This document shows positions 15,026 to 27,760 of a DNA stretch of 64,000 nt, piece after piece. The stretch lies in NCBI RefSeq assembly GCF_009914755.1, contig NC_060926.1; one strand, 5' to 3'. The translations under genes and the position numbers were made by a program. Source of the stretch: the human T2T-CHM13v2.0 reference genome, Homo sapiens. Numbering within the stretch: the stretch's first letter is position 1; every line of letters begins with the position of its first letter. The notes beneath the pieces were generated by a model. That model searched no databases. It was not told the DNA's origin and saw only the letters and a list, made by a program, of their open reading frames with translations.

Positions 15026-15500
15026 ATTTTTAGCCACTTTAATGAGGTATAGTTGACAGAGAAAAGGCTGTAGATAGATATACATATACATAGATAGATA
15101 TACAATGTATACAACTTGATGTGTTTGAAGATAAGTATACACCCAGGAAATCATCACCACAATTTATGCTATAGACTTATTTATCACTTCTAAAAGTTTT
15201 TTCCTGCCATTTTTAGTTATTATTATAATAATTACATTTTTCTTTCTGTGGTAGGAGCACTTAACCTAAGATTAACCCTTTTTAGAAAATATTTAAGTGT
15301 GTGATACAGTTTTGTTAACTGTATGCTCTACAGTGTACAGTAGATCTCCAGAACTTATCTTGCATAACTGAAACTGTGTACCCTTGAAAATCCCCCCCAT
15401 TACCCCTTCCCCAATTCCTTGGCAACCACCATTCTACTTTCTGCTTCTATGTATTTGAATACTTGGGATACCACATACAAGCAAGATGATTCAGTATTTA
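15026..15500 (-). mobile_element. L1MA-type 3'UTR fragment
   Basis: TTTAATGAGGTATAGTTGACA, AGATCTCCAGAACTTATCTTGCATAACTGAAAC, GGCAACCACCATTCTACTTTCTGCTTCTATG. Confidence 0.8.
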
Positions 15501-15924
15501 TCCAGAACAGAAAAATAGAAGATTTTTTGTATTAGTTATGTTAGCTTGATTTTAACTTTTAGACAAAGGGTATGTTGCCATCTCTTCTCTTGACACAGGT
15601 CCCACAAATGTTAGAGGTGTATCTGAGACTCTCTGAATCTATGAACCTCTGCATTTATCTATTTTAACTTATAGGGAGGTTCCAACATAAAAAAGAATAA
15701 GCTAGCCATTAGTGCTGCCCCCAACCAGAGTGAACAGACTTTTTAAAAGGCTGTGCATGCTATGAAACTAGAGGATTCAAATCCGAGTTCAACAGTTGTG
15801 ACAGAAGGATAACCTGGATGAGATTCCCTGCATTCTTAAAATAACTCTGGTAAGTGATGGTAAGCATTAAGGGTAATATAATTTTTAAATACCAAACTGC
15901 CTTTTAATTACATTAATATTTACT

Positions 15925-16140
15925 ATACATTGAATACTAGATTCTGTGTTAAGCATTTCTTAGGTAATTCATTTAAGCTTTACAGATTTTGAGATGGATA
16001 CCATGTGTTTCATTTTGCAGACAATGAAGCCCAACCTGAGAGAAATTAAATACTTTTATCAGGATTAGCCTCCCAGGATATGGCAGAGTTTGGATTTCAA
16101 TCCTGGTCTATGAGTCTTCAGCAACCATGGTATTATTCCT
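15925..16140 (-). mobile_element. MIR fragment
   Basis: CATTTTGCAGACAATGAAG...GAGAGAAATTAAATACTT...TGGCAGAGTTTGGATTTCAATCCTGGTCT, similar to the MIR core. Confidence 0.6.
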
Positions 16141-16349
16141 TACACAACTGCCTTTAATTTATGTCTCATTTTTAAAAGAATGTTTTCTCTGGAAGAAGTT
16201 GTAACAGCTGCTTTCATTGTCCTACCATATCCCCTCAGCACTCACCCTTTCTGTAAACACCAGCCCACTTTCCAGCACACCTTCCCACATCTAGCCAGAA
16301 TCTGGACCCATGTGTTCAAATAACAGGGTTTCCTTAGAAAATTGATCTG

Positions 16350-17700
16350 CTGATTAATGGAAAATTGTAAAGGGTTCTAAAAAGTGTAGGAAAATATTAC
16401 CTTACAGTCAAGGTAATTAACACTGGATAGATTGATAAAACTAGTTTTTAATAAAATTTTAACATTAAAGATGCACCAACACAAACATGAAATTTGATTT
16501 TCTCTTTTGAAAAATAATTTTATGTAATATCGAGAGACAATTAAACATTTTTATTAGCCTTTTGAGTAAACTACAATAAAAGACAGGGTGGGGAGAGAGA
16601 GAAGACAGATTCACTTGACCTCATGCTGTCTTTATTGGGTCTTTATTAGAAAGCTGATTCTCTCCTCTCTTAGTGAGTATGAGATTTTGCATTTTTAAAA
16701 TATTCGAGTAATCATTCTGGCTAAATGAATGACTGATAGTGACCTGAAGTTCTGTTTTGTGATATCCAGTGTTTCAAACCTTTGATATTTGACAAGTCTT
16801 CCAAGATCAAATTCTAAATTAAAAAAAAGGTAAAATTTAGGTCCCCTAAAGTGCAAAAAAGACATATTCAGCTTATTTAATATATTAAAATCATATAGGA
16901 AACACTGTCTGATATAAAATGGTGTTTAACTTTCTCTGGATTATGTTCATATAAATATTAGTATGTGTTACAAAATTATATGTTTCCTGTAATTGTGATA
17001 TGTCTCTATATATGTTGCTAGTAGTAATTATAATTATTGTGTAAAATTGATGGTATACCACAGAAATAACCAAGATTCCTAGTGAATTTTGGCTTTAACT
17101 ATGGCTGTCCTGAGAATTTTGTCACCCACAGACAACTGTTGTCTTGTTTTGAGCCTCTTCAAAAGGTGGTTATAATCAGCTGTAGGACTTTGACAGGTGC
17201 TCTTGAATTCAGGTCTTTTATAGCTTTGGAGATTGTGACATTAGAATAGAGGAAAACCTTTCAGAACTCTCATGGAAAGCTGGAATGTTCATGTATATCA
17301 AGCAGAACAGCAGTAAACCTCATGGACTGAACTAATAGAAGACTAAATTATTCCTTTTATGACTTTTGTTTAAAATGTTACTGATTCTTTGTTTTGTTTT
17401 TCAAAGTCAAGAACACTTTTATTTTAAGCTATTTACAGCTTTTAACAATTGAGTATACTCCTATAAATGAAATTTGAGGCATATTTCTCTCTGATTTCTC
17501 CAAATTTGAAAACTAGTTGTGAGCATTCTTAACTTATGGCAATATAGTTATTTGCATAAGTGCAATTAGAATCTGTTTTCTTTTGCAACAGGACACAATT
17601 GAAGAAACTGGTTATTTTTACCCAGGCTTTGACTGGAATGACATGCTTTCAAATATAAGCAGCCTGCTATAAGGAACCAGACTTGACTTATGGAACCAAG
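16350..17700 (+). mobile_element. ERV1 (MER4-group-like) non-autonomous internal fragment
   Basis: GACAGATTCACTTGACCTCATGCTGTCTTTATT, CATGGACTGAACTAATAGAAGACT, GGCAATATAGTTATTTGCATAAGTGCAA are typical of MER4-group internal sequence; exact family not resolved. Confidence 0.65.
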
Positions 17701-20700
17701 AAACTCAAAATCGTACCAATTATAATCTCACAATACAGTGAAATAAAAATAGAAATCAATATCAAGAAGCACTCTCAAAACTATACAATATGTGGAAATT
17801 AAACAACTTGCTCCTGAATGACTTTTGCGTAAACAACAAAATTAAGGCAGAAGTAAAAAAAAACTATTTGAAATAAATGTAAATAGAGACACAACATACC
17901 AAATTCTCTAGGATGCAACAAAAGAGTGTCAAGAGGAAAGTTTATAGTGCTGAATGCCTACCTCTTAAATGTAAAAAGATATCAAATTAACAATCTAACA
18001 TCACACCCAGAGGAACTAGGAAAATAAGAACAAAACTAACCAGAAAGCTAGCAGAAGAAAATAAATAACTAAAATCAGATCAAAAGTGAACACAATTAAG
18101 ACCTAAAAATACATACAAAGAATCAATGAAACCAAATTGAAACACTGAAGAGACCAATATCAAGTTCCAAACCTGAATCAGTATTAAAAAGCCTACCAAC
18201 CAAAAAGAGCCCCAGACAAGAAGGATTTACAACCAAATTCTACCACATGATTAAAAAGAACTGGTATCAATTCTAATGAAACTATGCCAAAATATTGAGG
18301 AGGAGGGACCTCTCTCTAATTTATTATATGAAGCCAGCATTACCTTGATACCAAAATCTGGAAAAGAAACAAGGAAAAAAGAAAACTACAGATGAACATA
18401 GATACAAAAATCCTCAACACAACACTACCATCCTCAACACAACACTACCAAATCAAATTCAACAGCACATCAAAAATTTAATTTATCATGATCAAGTAGG
18501 CTTGATTCCTGTGATGCAGGGTTTGCTCAATATATGTAAATCAATAAATGTGATTGCCCACATATACAGAATTAAAAACAAAAAACACAGGATCATCTCA
18601 ATAGATGCAGAAAAGGCTTTCAATAAAATCGAACTTTCCTTCATAATAAAAGCCCTTGAAGGAACATACCTCAAAACAATAAGGGCAGTCTGTGAAAAAC
18701 CCATAGCCAACATCATACTAAACAGGGAAAAACTGGTAGCATTCCCTTTGAGAACTGAAACAGAACAGGGATGTCCACTCTCACCACTCCTATTCAACAT
18801 AACACTGGGAATGTTAGCCAGAGCAATCAGGTAAGTGAAGGAAATAAAAGGCATCTGAATAAGAAAAGACAAATTCAAATTATCTGTCTTCACCAGTAAT
18901 ATGATTCTCTACCTAGAAAACCCTAAAGACTCTGCCGAAAGTTTCCTGGTCCTCATAAATGACTTTCGTAAAGTTTCAGTATACAAAAATCAATGTATAA
19001 AAATCAGTAGCATTTTTATACATGAACAGCATCCAGGTTGAATTTAAGAACACAATCTCACAATAGCCACAGAAATAAAATAAAAAATAAAATAAAATAC
19101 CTAGGAATACGTCCAACCAAGAAGGTGAAAGATCTGTTCAAGAAGGACTACAAAACACTGCTGAGAGAAATCAGAGATGACAAAAACAAATGAAGAAACA
19201 CTTCAGGTTGATGGATTGAAATAATCTGTATTGTTAAAATGGTCATACTACCCAAAACAATCTACAGATTCAATGCATTTCCTATCAAACTACCAATGTC
19301 ATTTTTCTCAGAACTGGAAAAAAACTATTCTAAAGTTTGTATGGAATCCAAAGAGCAAAAATACCAAGCAAAAAGAACATAGCTGGAAGCATAGCATTAC
19401 CTGACTTCAAAGTATGCTATAAGACTACAATAACCAAAACAGCATGGTACTGGTATAAAAACAGATACATAGACCAATGAAACAGAATAAAGAACCCAGA
19501 AATAAAGCCACAAACCTACAGCCATCTTTGACAAATTTCACAAAACTGAGCAATGGGAAAAGGACTCCCTATTGAAAAAATGGTGCTGGACAAGCTGGCT
19601 AGCCAAATGCTGAAGAATAAAACTGAACTCCTACCCTTCACCATACATAAAAATAAACTCAAGAGGGAATAAAGATTTAAATATAAGACCATGAACTATA
19701 AAAATTGTAGAAGAAAACCTAGGAAACACCATTCTGGACATCACCTTTTCAAAGGAATTTGTGACCAAGTCCTCAAGAGAAATTGTAACAAAAAGAAAAA
19801 TTAAGGAATCAGGAAAAATAGCTAGTGTATGCTGGGCATAATACCTAGGTGATGGATTGATAGATGCAGCAAACCACCATGGCACATGTTTACCTATGTA
19901 ACAAACCTGCACATCCTGCACATGTACCCTGGAACTTAAAATAGAAATAAAAAAAGTGAGTCCTAATTAAACTAAATAGCTTTGGCACAGCAAAAGAAAC
20001 TATCAACAGAGTAAACAGACAACTTACAAGATAGGAGAAAATATTCTCAAACTATATATTCAACAAAGGTCTAATATCCCGACTCTATAAGGAGCTTACG
20101 CAATTCAACAGTCGAAAAACAACCCCATTAAAAAGTGGCCAAAAGAAATGGACATTTCTCAAAATAAGACATACAAAGGGCCAAGAAACATATAAAAAAA
20201 GTTTATATCAATAACCATAAGAAAAATGCAAATAAAATTACAACAAGGTAATATCTCACATCAGTCAAAATTGCTATTACTAAAAAGTCAAAAAACAACA
20301 GATGATGGGGAAGATGAGGAGAAAAGGAACATATATACAGTGTTGGTGGGAATGTAAATTAATTCAGCCACTGTGGAAAGTGGTTTGGAGATTTCTCAAA
20401 TAACTAAAAACAGAACTACCATTTGACCCAGCAAACCTGTTATTGGATATATATACAAAAGAAAATGAATCATTTTACCAAAAGGACACATGTACTCATC
20501 ACAGCAGTATTCACAATAGCAAAGACATGGACTCAACCTAGGTGCCCATCAATAGTGGATTGGATAAGGAAAATGTGGTATATATACACCGTGGAACACC
20601 ATGCAGCTGTAAAAAAGAATTAAATCATGGTTTTTGCAGCCACATGGATGCATCTGGAAGTTATTATCCTAAGCTAATAATGCAAGAACAGAAAAAACCA

Positions 20701-20956
20701 AATACCACACATTCTCACTTATAAATGGGAGCTAAACATTAGGTACTCATAAGGATGGTAACAGTAGTCACTGGGGCCTACTAAAGGTGGGAGAGATGGA
20801 GGGTCCAAGGGTTGAAAAGCTAACTTTTGGGTACTATCCTCACTACCTGGATGATAGGATCATTCATACAGCAAACCTCAACATCATACAATAGACTCAG
20901 GTAATAAACCTGCACATGTACTCCCTGAATCTAAAATAAAAGTTTAAAAAAAAAAG
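17701..20956 (+). mobile_element. 5'-truncated old primate L1 (L1PA15/16 to L1PB-like), degraded ORF2 plus 3'UTR
   Basis: ORF 18502-18834 encodes RT motifs ([24 protein letters not shown]); ORF 20423-20623 encodes the ORF2 C-terminus (FTIAKTWTQPRCPS); 3'UTR ends CCCTGAATCTAAAATAAAAG-poly(A); multiple stops. Confidence 0.95.
19804..19955 (+). mobile_element. short L1PA (about PA10-13) 3'-end nested in the older L1
   Basis: CCTAGGTGATGG...GCAAACCACCATGGCACATGTTTACCTATGTAACAAACCTGCACATCCTGCACATGTACCCTGGAACTTAAAA interrupts ORF2. Confidence 0.85.
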
Positions 20957-22564
20957 CGCCTCCCCACCCACCAAATACCAAACAAGTGTCAGTTAGTCTA
21001 TAGCTTAGCGATTCTAACATGCTGATAGGAAGACATACATCCACAAAAATGGAGGAGTAGCAAAGAAAATAAACCAAAAGAAGAGGAAAAGAACAACACC
21101 AAACTAATATTCAATAAGACTATCTCAAGAGTTATGTGCCACATATTATATCCATGTACCTTGGGAATCTGGTACTGGTGCTTGAGTATAAGCTTTAGTG
21201 TAATGTGGTAATTACCTTGGGCTTCCAATTTTTTTTATTAATGAAGAAGTTAGAATAATTAAAAAGAAGGAAAATATCTCTCTACCAAATACACTTGGTG
21301 AAAAAATAACTATCAAAATTACAGGCTATAACACCGTACCATCAAAATCCTCCAGAACAGACTTGAAAAGCGAAATCAGAACGTTACCTTGGTATAGTTT
21401 CTGAATAGTACAGTGTGCCAATATTGTGGGGATAAAGAGGTAATAGTTTAGATATATACAGAAGTTTAATATTAATTGTTTTCATAGATGTTCATTGTCA
21501 TGAATATTCATGTTGAAATAACTTTGGAAAATACAGAGAATAAAATCAGTCAGAGTATTATTTATTCCACCTCACATAATTCAATGGTACACAGTTAGTA
21601 GGGATTATAAATGCATATACTTTACTTTTTCTGTTGGTGTAAATAATTCAGTCACCTTTCCTCATAGTGAGTGCTTTGTATACTTCCTGGGTTTTGGCTC
21701 CAGAGCAGATAAACTTTAGCAGAAAGCTATGCTTCTCAGAAAAAATAAATGTATTTATCTAATACTCCTTTCTATCAGCTTTTTCATTTGGAGTTTATAG
21801 GTTATCTGAAATACCTCCAAGGATATTGTTATTGTACCTTTCAATTTGCTACTAGCAGTTGTCACTGTATGACTATTACTATGATTGAATTAAGGTGATA
21901 ACTACTCTTTTTGTTAAAAAAAAAAAACTGATCTTAATTGGTGTTAATCTATTTCTTCTTTTCCTTGTCTGTAATATTGAATATTTATCCCATAAAAATC
22001 TATTTGTCTCCTCTGAATACACACACACACACAGACACACACACACTCTTCTGCTCCATCTGCCAGAGTGATAGAGAGGAAATAACAAATTCATCAAGAT
22101 AATGGAAGAAAGTCTAGAATGTCTACAAGGCAATATTTTTCTAAGCATTAAACATACCAAAAGGCTGAAAGGTTTATATCCACAGAAATTTATTGTGATT
22201 CTATATATGAAAAAACAAATACCAGCATTGTATCTTGAAGGTGGTTGAATGCTTTCTTTGAATTTTGTGAAATAACTGCCTGAGTGGTAGCAGAGAGGTG
22301 AAGATTAATAATTTGAGATAGCATCTGAAAAAGAATGTCTGGAATAATCAAAAAGAAAATAAAGTACAGGTACCCAGGAAGGGCACTAACTAGACTGAGT
22401 TGAATTTTTTTTTTTTATATCTGATACAGTAGAGCAATACAAAAATCACTCTCACAGTTAGTAGTACTCCTGTCACTACCACTACTAACTGTGGTTAATG
22501 TAAACAGTAGAACATAAAATTATAGCACTAAGGATGATTCTGCTTATCATAATTACCATAATTA

Positions 22565-22945
22565 AATACTGAAGCACTTCTGTATACTTTGTGCATCACA
22601 TAATTTATCATTTAATCCACATGACAAACCTATTAGGCGGTTTTCTTATCTGCTTTTAAATCTTGAGAAACCCGAGGTGACTGAAGATTCCTAGCCTCTC
22701 ATCACTTGTAAGATGAAAAGTGTTTATTTGCCTCTTTGTAGTTGAAAATGTAATGAATCAATTGAAGAAGGAGAAAGTTGATGCTTTCCATATAAATCTG
22801 AGACCCAAAGAGCAGCTGATAGAAATTAGGAAGGACAAGAGTAATTAAGTACCTAAAATATATTTACAAATTTAATATCCACAGTAACCCTTTGAGGTAG
22901 GTACTATTATTATCCTCATTTTAAAAATGAGAGAGGTAAGGCAGT
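22565..22945 (-). mobile_element. MIR fragments
   Basis: CATTTAATCCACATGACAAACCTAT and CACAGTAACCCTTTGAGGTAGGTACTATTATTATCCTCATTTT. Confidence 0.55.
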
Positions 22946-23822
22946 AAATTAATAAACCTGTAAATTGAGCAAGAATAGGGAGACTTAAAAACACATTAGA
23001 TGAACAATTTAAATCTTCCAGACACAGATATTTAACCCAGCAAACTGGCTTCTGGAAATTACAAGTGAGAGATCAGGTACATGTACAATTCTGGAAAGAA
23101 TCCGTATTGGATTTTTCTCAGAATTGCAAAAATGACTTGTGGAAAGGCACTTCTAATTTCCAGGCTAAGTCCTTTGACTTCAGCTAGCTCAATGTGGAGG
23201 TGCTATGTGCTACCCTGTGAACACCACTGTGAAATTCTCTGACCTTGATTATGATGGTGAATGGCAGACACAAAAAGTCACACATGATCAAAGAGATGTT
23301 ACTTTGCCTAAGATGAACCTTTTTTCTTTCTGGTTATTTTTCTCAGGACCCATTTCTCAGGGTGCGATGTTTGTGACATCTACAGGGATGAGGAAATTCA
23401 GAATATTATTTTACATCATTTTCTGCTGTTTAGAGGAAGATGTCAGAGCAATAGTCTGTTATCAAAATTAAAATGACTGGTCTATTATGCTTGGCCTATA
23501 TATGTTCATATGCTATAGAGCTATATTAAAACAACATATAACATTTTCATATCCTCAAATATCTCTCTTTAGTTTCCCAGTTTCACCACTTTGCAATGTT
23601 AACAAGAAAAAAAGGTAGTTTTATCCTAGAAAATAATGACAGAGAGAATTTTAAATAAAAGGAAGTAATCATGTCAAAAACTGAACAAATGAATGGAAAC
23701 AAAAAATGACAAGTGTCCATTAAACTTCAATATGATGTCATTGGTGATTTAGAAGAATGTAAAATCAACAAATACAAAGACCAAACAGAGAACAACAGAT
23801 AACGATGTAAAGAGAGGTAGCA

Positions 23823-25690
23823 AATATATATATATTATATAATATATATTATAGATATAATATATATTATAGATATTATAAATATATATTATAGATATTA
23901 GATATTATAGATATAATATATATAATATATATTATAGATATTATAGATATAGATATAATAGATATTATAGATATTATAGATATAATATATATTATAGATA
24001 TTATAGATATAATATATATTATAGATATTATAGATATAATATATATTATAGATATTATAGATATAATATATATTATAGATATAATATATATTATAGATAT
24101 TATAGATATAGATATTATAGATATAATATATATTATAGATATTATAGATATAATATATATTATAGATATTATAGATATAATATATATTATAGATATAAGA
24201 TATATTATAGATATTATAGATATAAGATATATTATAGATATTATAGATATAAGATATATTATAGATATTATAGATATAATATAGATATAGACATTATAGA
24301 TATAATAGATATATTATAGATACTATAGATATAATAGATATATTATAGATACTATAGATATAATAGATATATTATAGATACTATAGATATAATAGATATA
24401 TTATAGATACTATAGATATAATAGATATATTATAGATACTATAGATATAATAGATATATTATAGATACTATAGATATAATAGATATATTATAGATACTAT
24501 AGATATAATAGATATATTATAGATACTATAGATATAATAGATATATTATAGATACTATAGGTATAATAGATATATTATAGATACTATAGGTATAATAGAT
24601 ATATTATAGATACTATAGATATAATAGATATATTATAGATATTACAGATATAAGATATATTATAGATATTACAGATATAATAGATATATTATAGATATTA
24701 CAGATATAATAGATATATTATAGATATTACAGATATAGTAGATATATTATAGATATTACAGATATAGTAGATATATTATAGATATTATAGATATAGTAGA
24801 TATATTATAGATATTATAGATATAGTAGATATAGATATTATAGATATAGTAGATATATTATAGATATTATAGATATAGTAGATATATTATAGATATTATA
24901 GATATAGTAGATATATTATAGATGTTATAGATATAGTAGATATATTATAGATATTATAGATATAGTAGATATATTATAGATATTATAGATATAATAGATA
25001 TATTATAGATATAGATATAATATATTATAGATATTATAGATATAATATATTATAGATATTATAGATATTATAAATATATTATAGATATTATAGATATAAT
25101 ATATTATAGATATTATAGATATAATATATTATAGATATTATAGATATATTATAGATATTATAGATATAATAGATATATTATAGATATTATAGATATAATA
25201 GATATATTATGGATATTATAGATATAATAGATATATTATGGATATTATAGATATAATAGATATATTATGGATATTATAGATATAATAGATATATTATGGA
25301 TATTATAGATATAATAGATATATTATGGATATTATAGATATAATAGATATATTATGGATATTATAGATATAATAGATATATTATGGATATTATAGATATA
25401 ATAGATATATTATGGATATTATAGATATAATAGATATATTATGGATATAATAGATATATTATGGATATTATAGATATAATAGATATATTATAGATATAGA
25501 TATAATAGATACAGATATTTAATCTATAATATATATATTATAGATATTATATATATTATAATATATAATTTCTATAATATATATATTATAGATATTATAT
25601 ATATTATAATATATAATTTCTATAATATATCTATTATATCTATAATATACCTATGTATCTATATAATATAATATATAATATATATATATA
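23823..25690. repeat. ~1.9-kb TA-rich minisatellite with a ~29-bp unit (TATAATAGATATATTATAGATATTATAGA and variants)
   Basis: Period of 29 seen directly (e.g. 24301 and 24330); variant units occur in blocks. Confidence 0.97.
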
Positions 25691-26161
25691 TGTCAGGCCT
25701 CTGAGCCCAGGCCAGGCCATCGCATCCCCTGTGAATTGCACGTATACATCCAGATGGCCTAAAGTAACTGAAGATCCACAAAAGAAGTAAAAACAGCCTT
25801 AACTGGTGACATTCCACCATTGTGATTTGTTCCTGCCCCACCCTAACTGATCAATGTACTTTGTAATCTCCCCTACCCTTAAGAAGGTACTTTGTAGTCT
25901 CCTCCACCCTCAAGAAGATTCTTTGTAATTCTCCCCACCCTTGAGAATGTACTTTGTGAGATCTACCCCTGCCCACCAGAGAACAACCCCCTTTGACTGT
26001 AATTTTCCATCACCTTCCCAAATCCTATAAAATGGCCCCACCCCATCTCCCTTTGCTGACTCTCTTTTCAGACTCAGCCCACCTGCACCCAGGTGAAATA
26101 AACAGCTTTATTGCTCACACAAAGCCTGTTTGGTGGTCTCTTCACAGGGACGTGCATGAAA
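25691..26161 (+). promoter_or_regulatory. 5' LTR7 (471 bp) promoter: TATA 26026-26032, AATAAA 26097-26102, SOX-like ACAAAAGAAG 25778-25787
   Basis: Motifs read directly; LTR7 promoter activity is established for the family, not shown for this copy. Confidence 0.9.
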
Positions 26162-26163
26162 TT

Positions 26164-26181
26164 TGGTGCCGTGACTCGGAT
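26164..26181 (+). promoter_or_regulatory. Primer-binding site for tRNA-His
   Basis: TGGTGCCGTGACTCGGAT, complementary to the 3' 18 nt of tRNA-His. Confidence 0.95.
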
Positions 26182-26304
26182 CGGGGGACCTCCCTTGGGA
26201 GATCAATCCCCTGTCCTCCTGCTCTTTGCTCCATGAGAAAGATCCACCTACGACCTCAGGTCCTCAGACTGACCAGCCCAAGAAACATCTCACCAATTTC
26301 AAAT

Positions 26305-26313
26305 CCGGTAAGC
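26305..26313 (+). promoter_or_regulatory. HERV-H major splice donor
   Basis: CCG|GTAAGC about 145 nt downstream of the 5' LTR. Confidence 0.7.
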
Positions 26314-26601
26314 GGCCTCTTTTTAGTCTCTTCTCCAACCTCCCTCACTATCCCTCAACCTCTTTCTCCTTTCAATCTTGGCACTACACTTCAATCTCTC
26401 CCTTCTCTTAATTTCAATTCCTTTCATTTTCTGGTAGAGACAAAAGAGACATGTTTTATCCGTGGACCCAAAACTCCGGCGCTGGTCACGGACTGGGAAG
26501 GCAGCCTTCCCTTGGTGTTTAATCATTGCAGGGACGCCTCTCTGATTATACACCCACGTTTCAAGGGTGTCAGACCATACAGGGATGCCTGCCTTGGTCC
26601 A

Positions 26602-26770
26602 TCACCCTTAGCGGCAAGTCCCGCTTTCCTGGGGCAGGGGCAAGTACCCCTCAACCCCTTCTCCTTCACCCTTAGTGGCAAGTCCCGCTTTCCTGGGGCA
26701 GGGGCAAGTACCCCTTAACCCCTTCTCCTTCACCCTTAGCGGCAAGTCCTGCTTTGCTAGGGGGCAAGAA
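26602..26770 (+). repeat. 64-bp tandem repeat (~2.6 copies) in the HERV-H leader
   Basis: TCACCCTTAGYGGCAAGTCC starts at 26602, 26666 and 26730. Confidence 0.9.
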
Positions 26771-27760
26771 CCCCCCACTCCCTTATTCCCACACCCTGAC
26801 CTCTTATTTCCGTGCCCCAACCCCTTCTCTGCTTTTCTGGAGGTCAAGAACCCCCAACCCCTTCTCCGTGTCTCTACTCTTTTCTCTGGGCTTGCCTCCT
26901 TCACTGTGGGTAAGCTTCCACCTTCCATTCCTCCTTCTCCCTTAGCCTGTGTTCTCAAAAACTTAAAACCTCTTCAACTCACACCTGACCTAAAACCTAA
27001 ATGCCTTATTTTCTTCTACAATGCTCCTTGACCCCAATACAAACTCAACAGTAGTTCCAAATAGCCCGAACACGGCACTTTCAATTTTTCCATCCTACAA
27101 GATATAAATAATTCTTGTCATAAAATGGGCAAATAGTCTGAGGTGCCTGACGTCCAGGCATTCTTTTATACATCAGTCCCTTCCTAGTCTCTGTGCCCAG
27201 TGCAACTCGTCCCAAATCTTCCTTCTTTCCCTACCGCCTGTCCCCTCAGTCCCAACCCCAAGCGTAGCTGAGTCTTTCTAATCTTCCTTTTCTACAGACC
27301 CATCTGACCTCTCCCCTCCTTGCCAGCCCAAGCTAGGTCCCAATTCTTCCTCAGCCTCCACTCCTCCACCCTGTAATCTTTTTATTGCCTCCCCTCCTCA
27401 CACCTGGTCTGGCTTACAGTTTTGTTCTGTGACTAGTCCTCCCCCTCCTGCCCAGCAATTTATTCTTAAAAAGGTGGCTGGAGCTAAAGGCATAGTCAAG
27501 GTTAATGCTCCTTTTTCTTTATCCCAAATCAGATAGCGTTTAGGCTTTTTCATCAAATATAAAAACCCAGCCCAATTCATGGCTCGTTTGGCAGCAACCC
27601 TGAGAAGCTTTACAGCCCTAGACCCTAAAAGGTCAAAAGGCCATCTTATTCTCAATATACATTTTATTACCCAATCTGCTCCCGACATTAAATAAAACTC
27701 CAAAAATTAAATTCTGGCCCTCAAACCCCACAACAGGATTTAATTAACCTTGCCTTCAAG

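Larger units (their letters stand above)
25993..26718 (+). other. Open 241-codon frame across the LTR and leader, paralogous to the putative ESRG/HESRG peptide; translation unproven
   Basis: TLFSDSAHLHPGEINS...[23 protein letters not shown]...LSGKSRFPGAGASTP matches my recollection of the ESRG ORF almost end to end. Confidence 0.6.

Noticed and set aside
1-16300. Short ORFs in the unique AT-rich sequence as host exons
   Set aside because: No recognisable protein similarity, codon pattern or consistent splice structure; small exons of a long gene cannot be excluded by eye.
17701-20956. L1 ORF2 reverse-transcriptase motifs as an active element
   Set aside because: 5'-truncated, internally deleted, with many stops and frameshifts.
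25993-26718. Calling this locus the ESRG gene itself
   Set aside because: The peptide differs from my recollection of ESRG at several positions and at the C-terminus, and the chromosomal location cannot be established from sequence alone; treated as a paralog.
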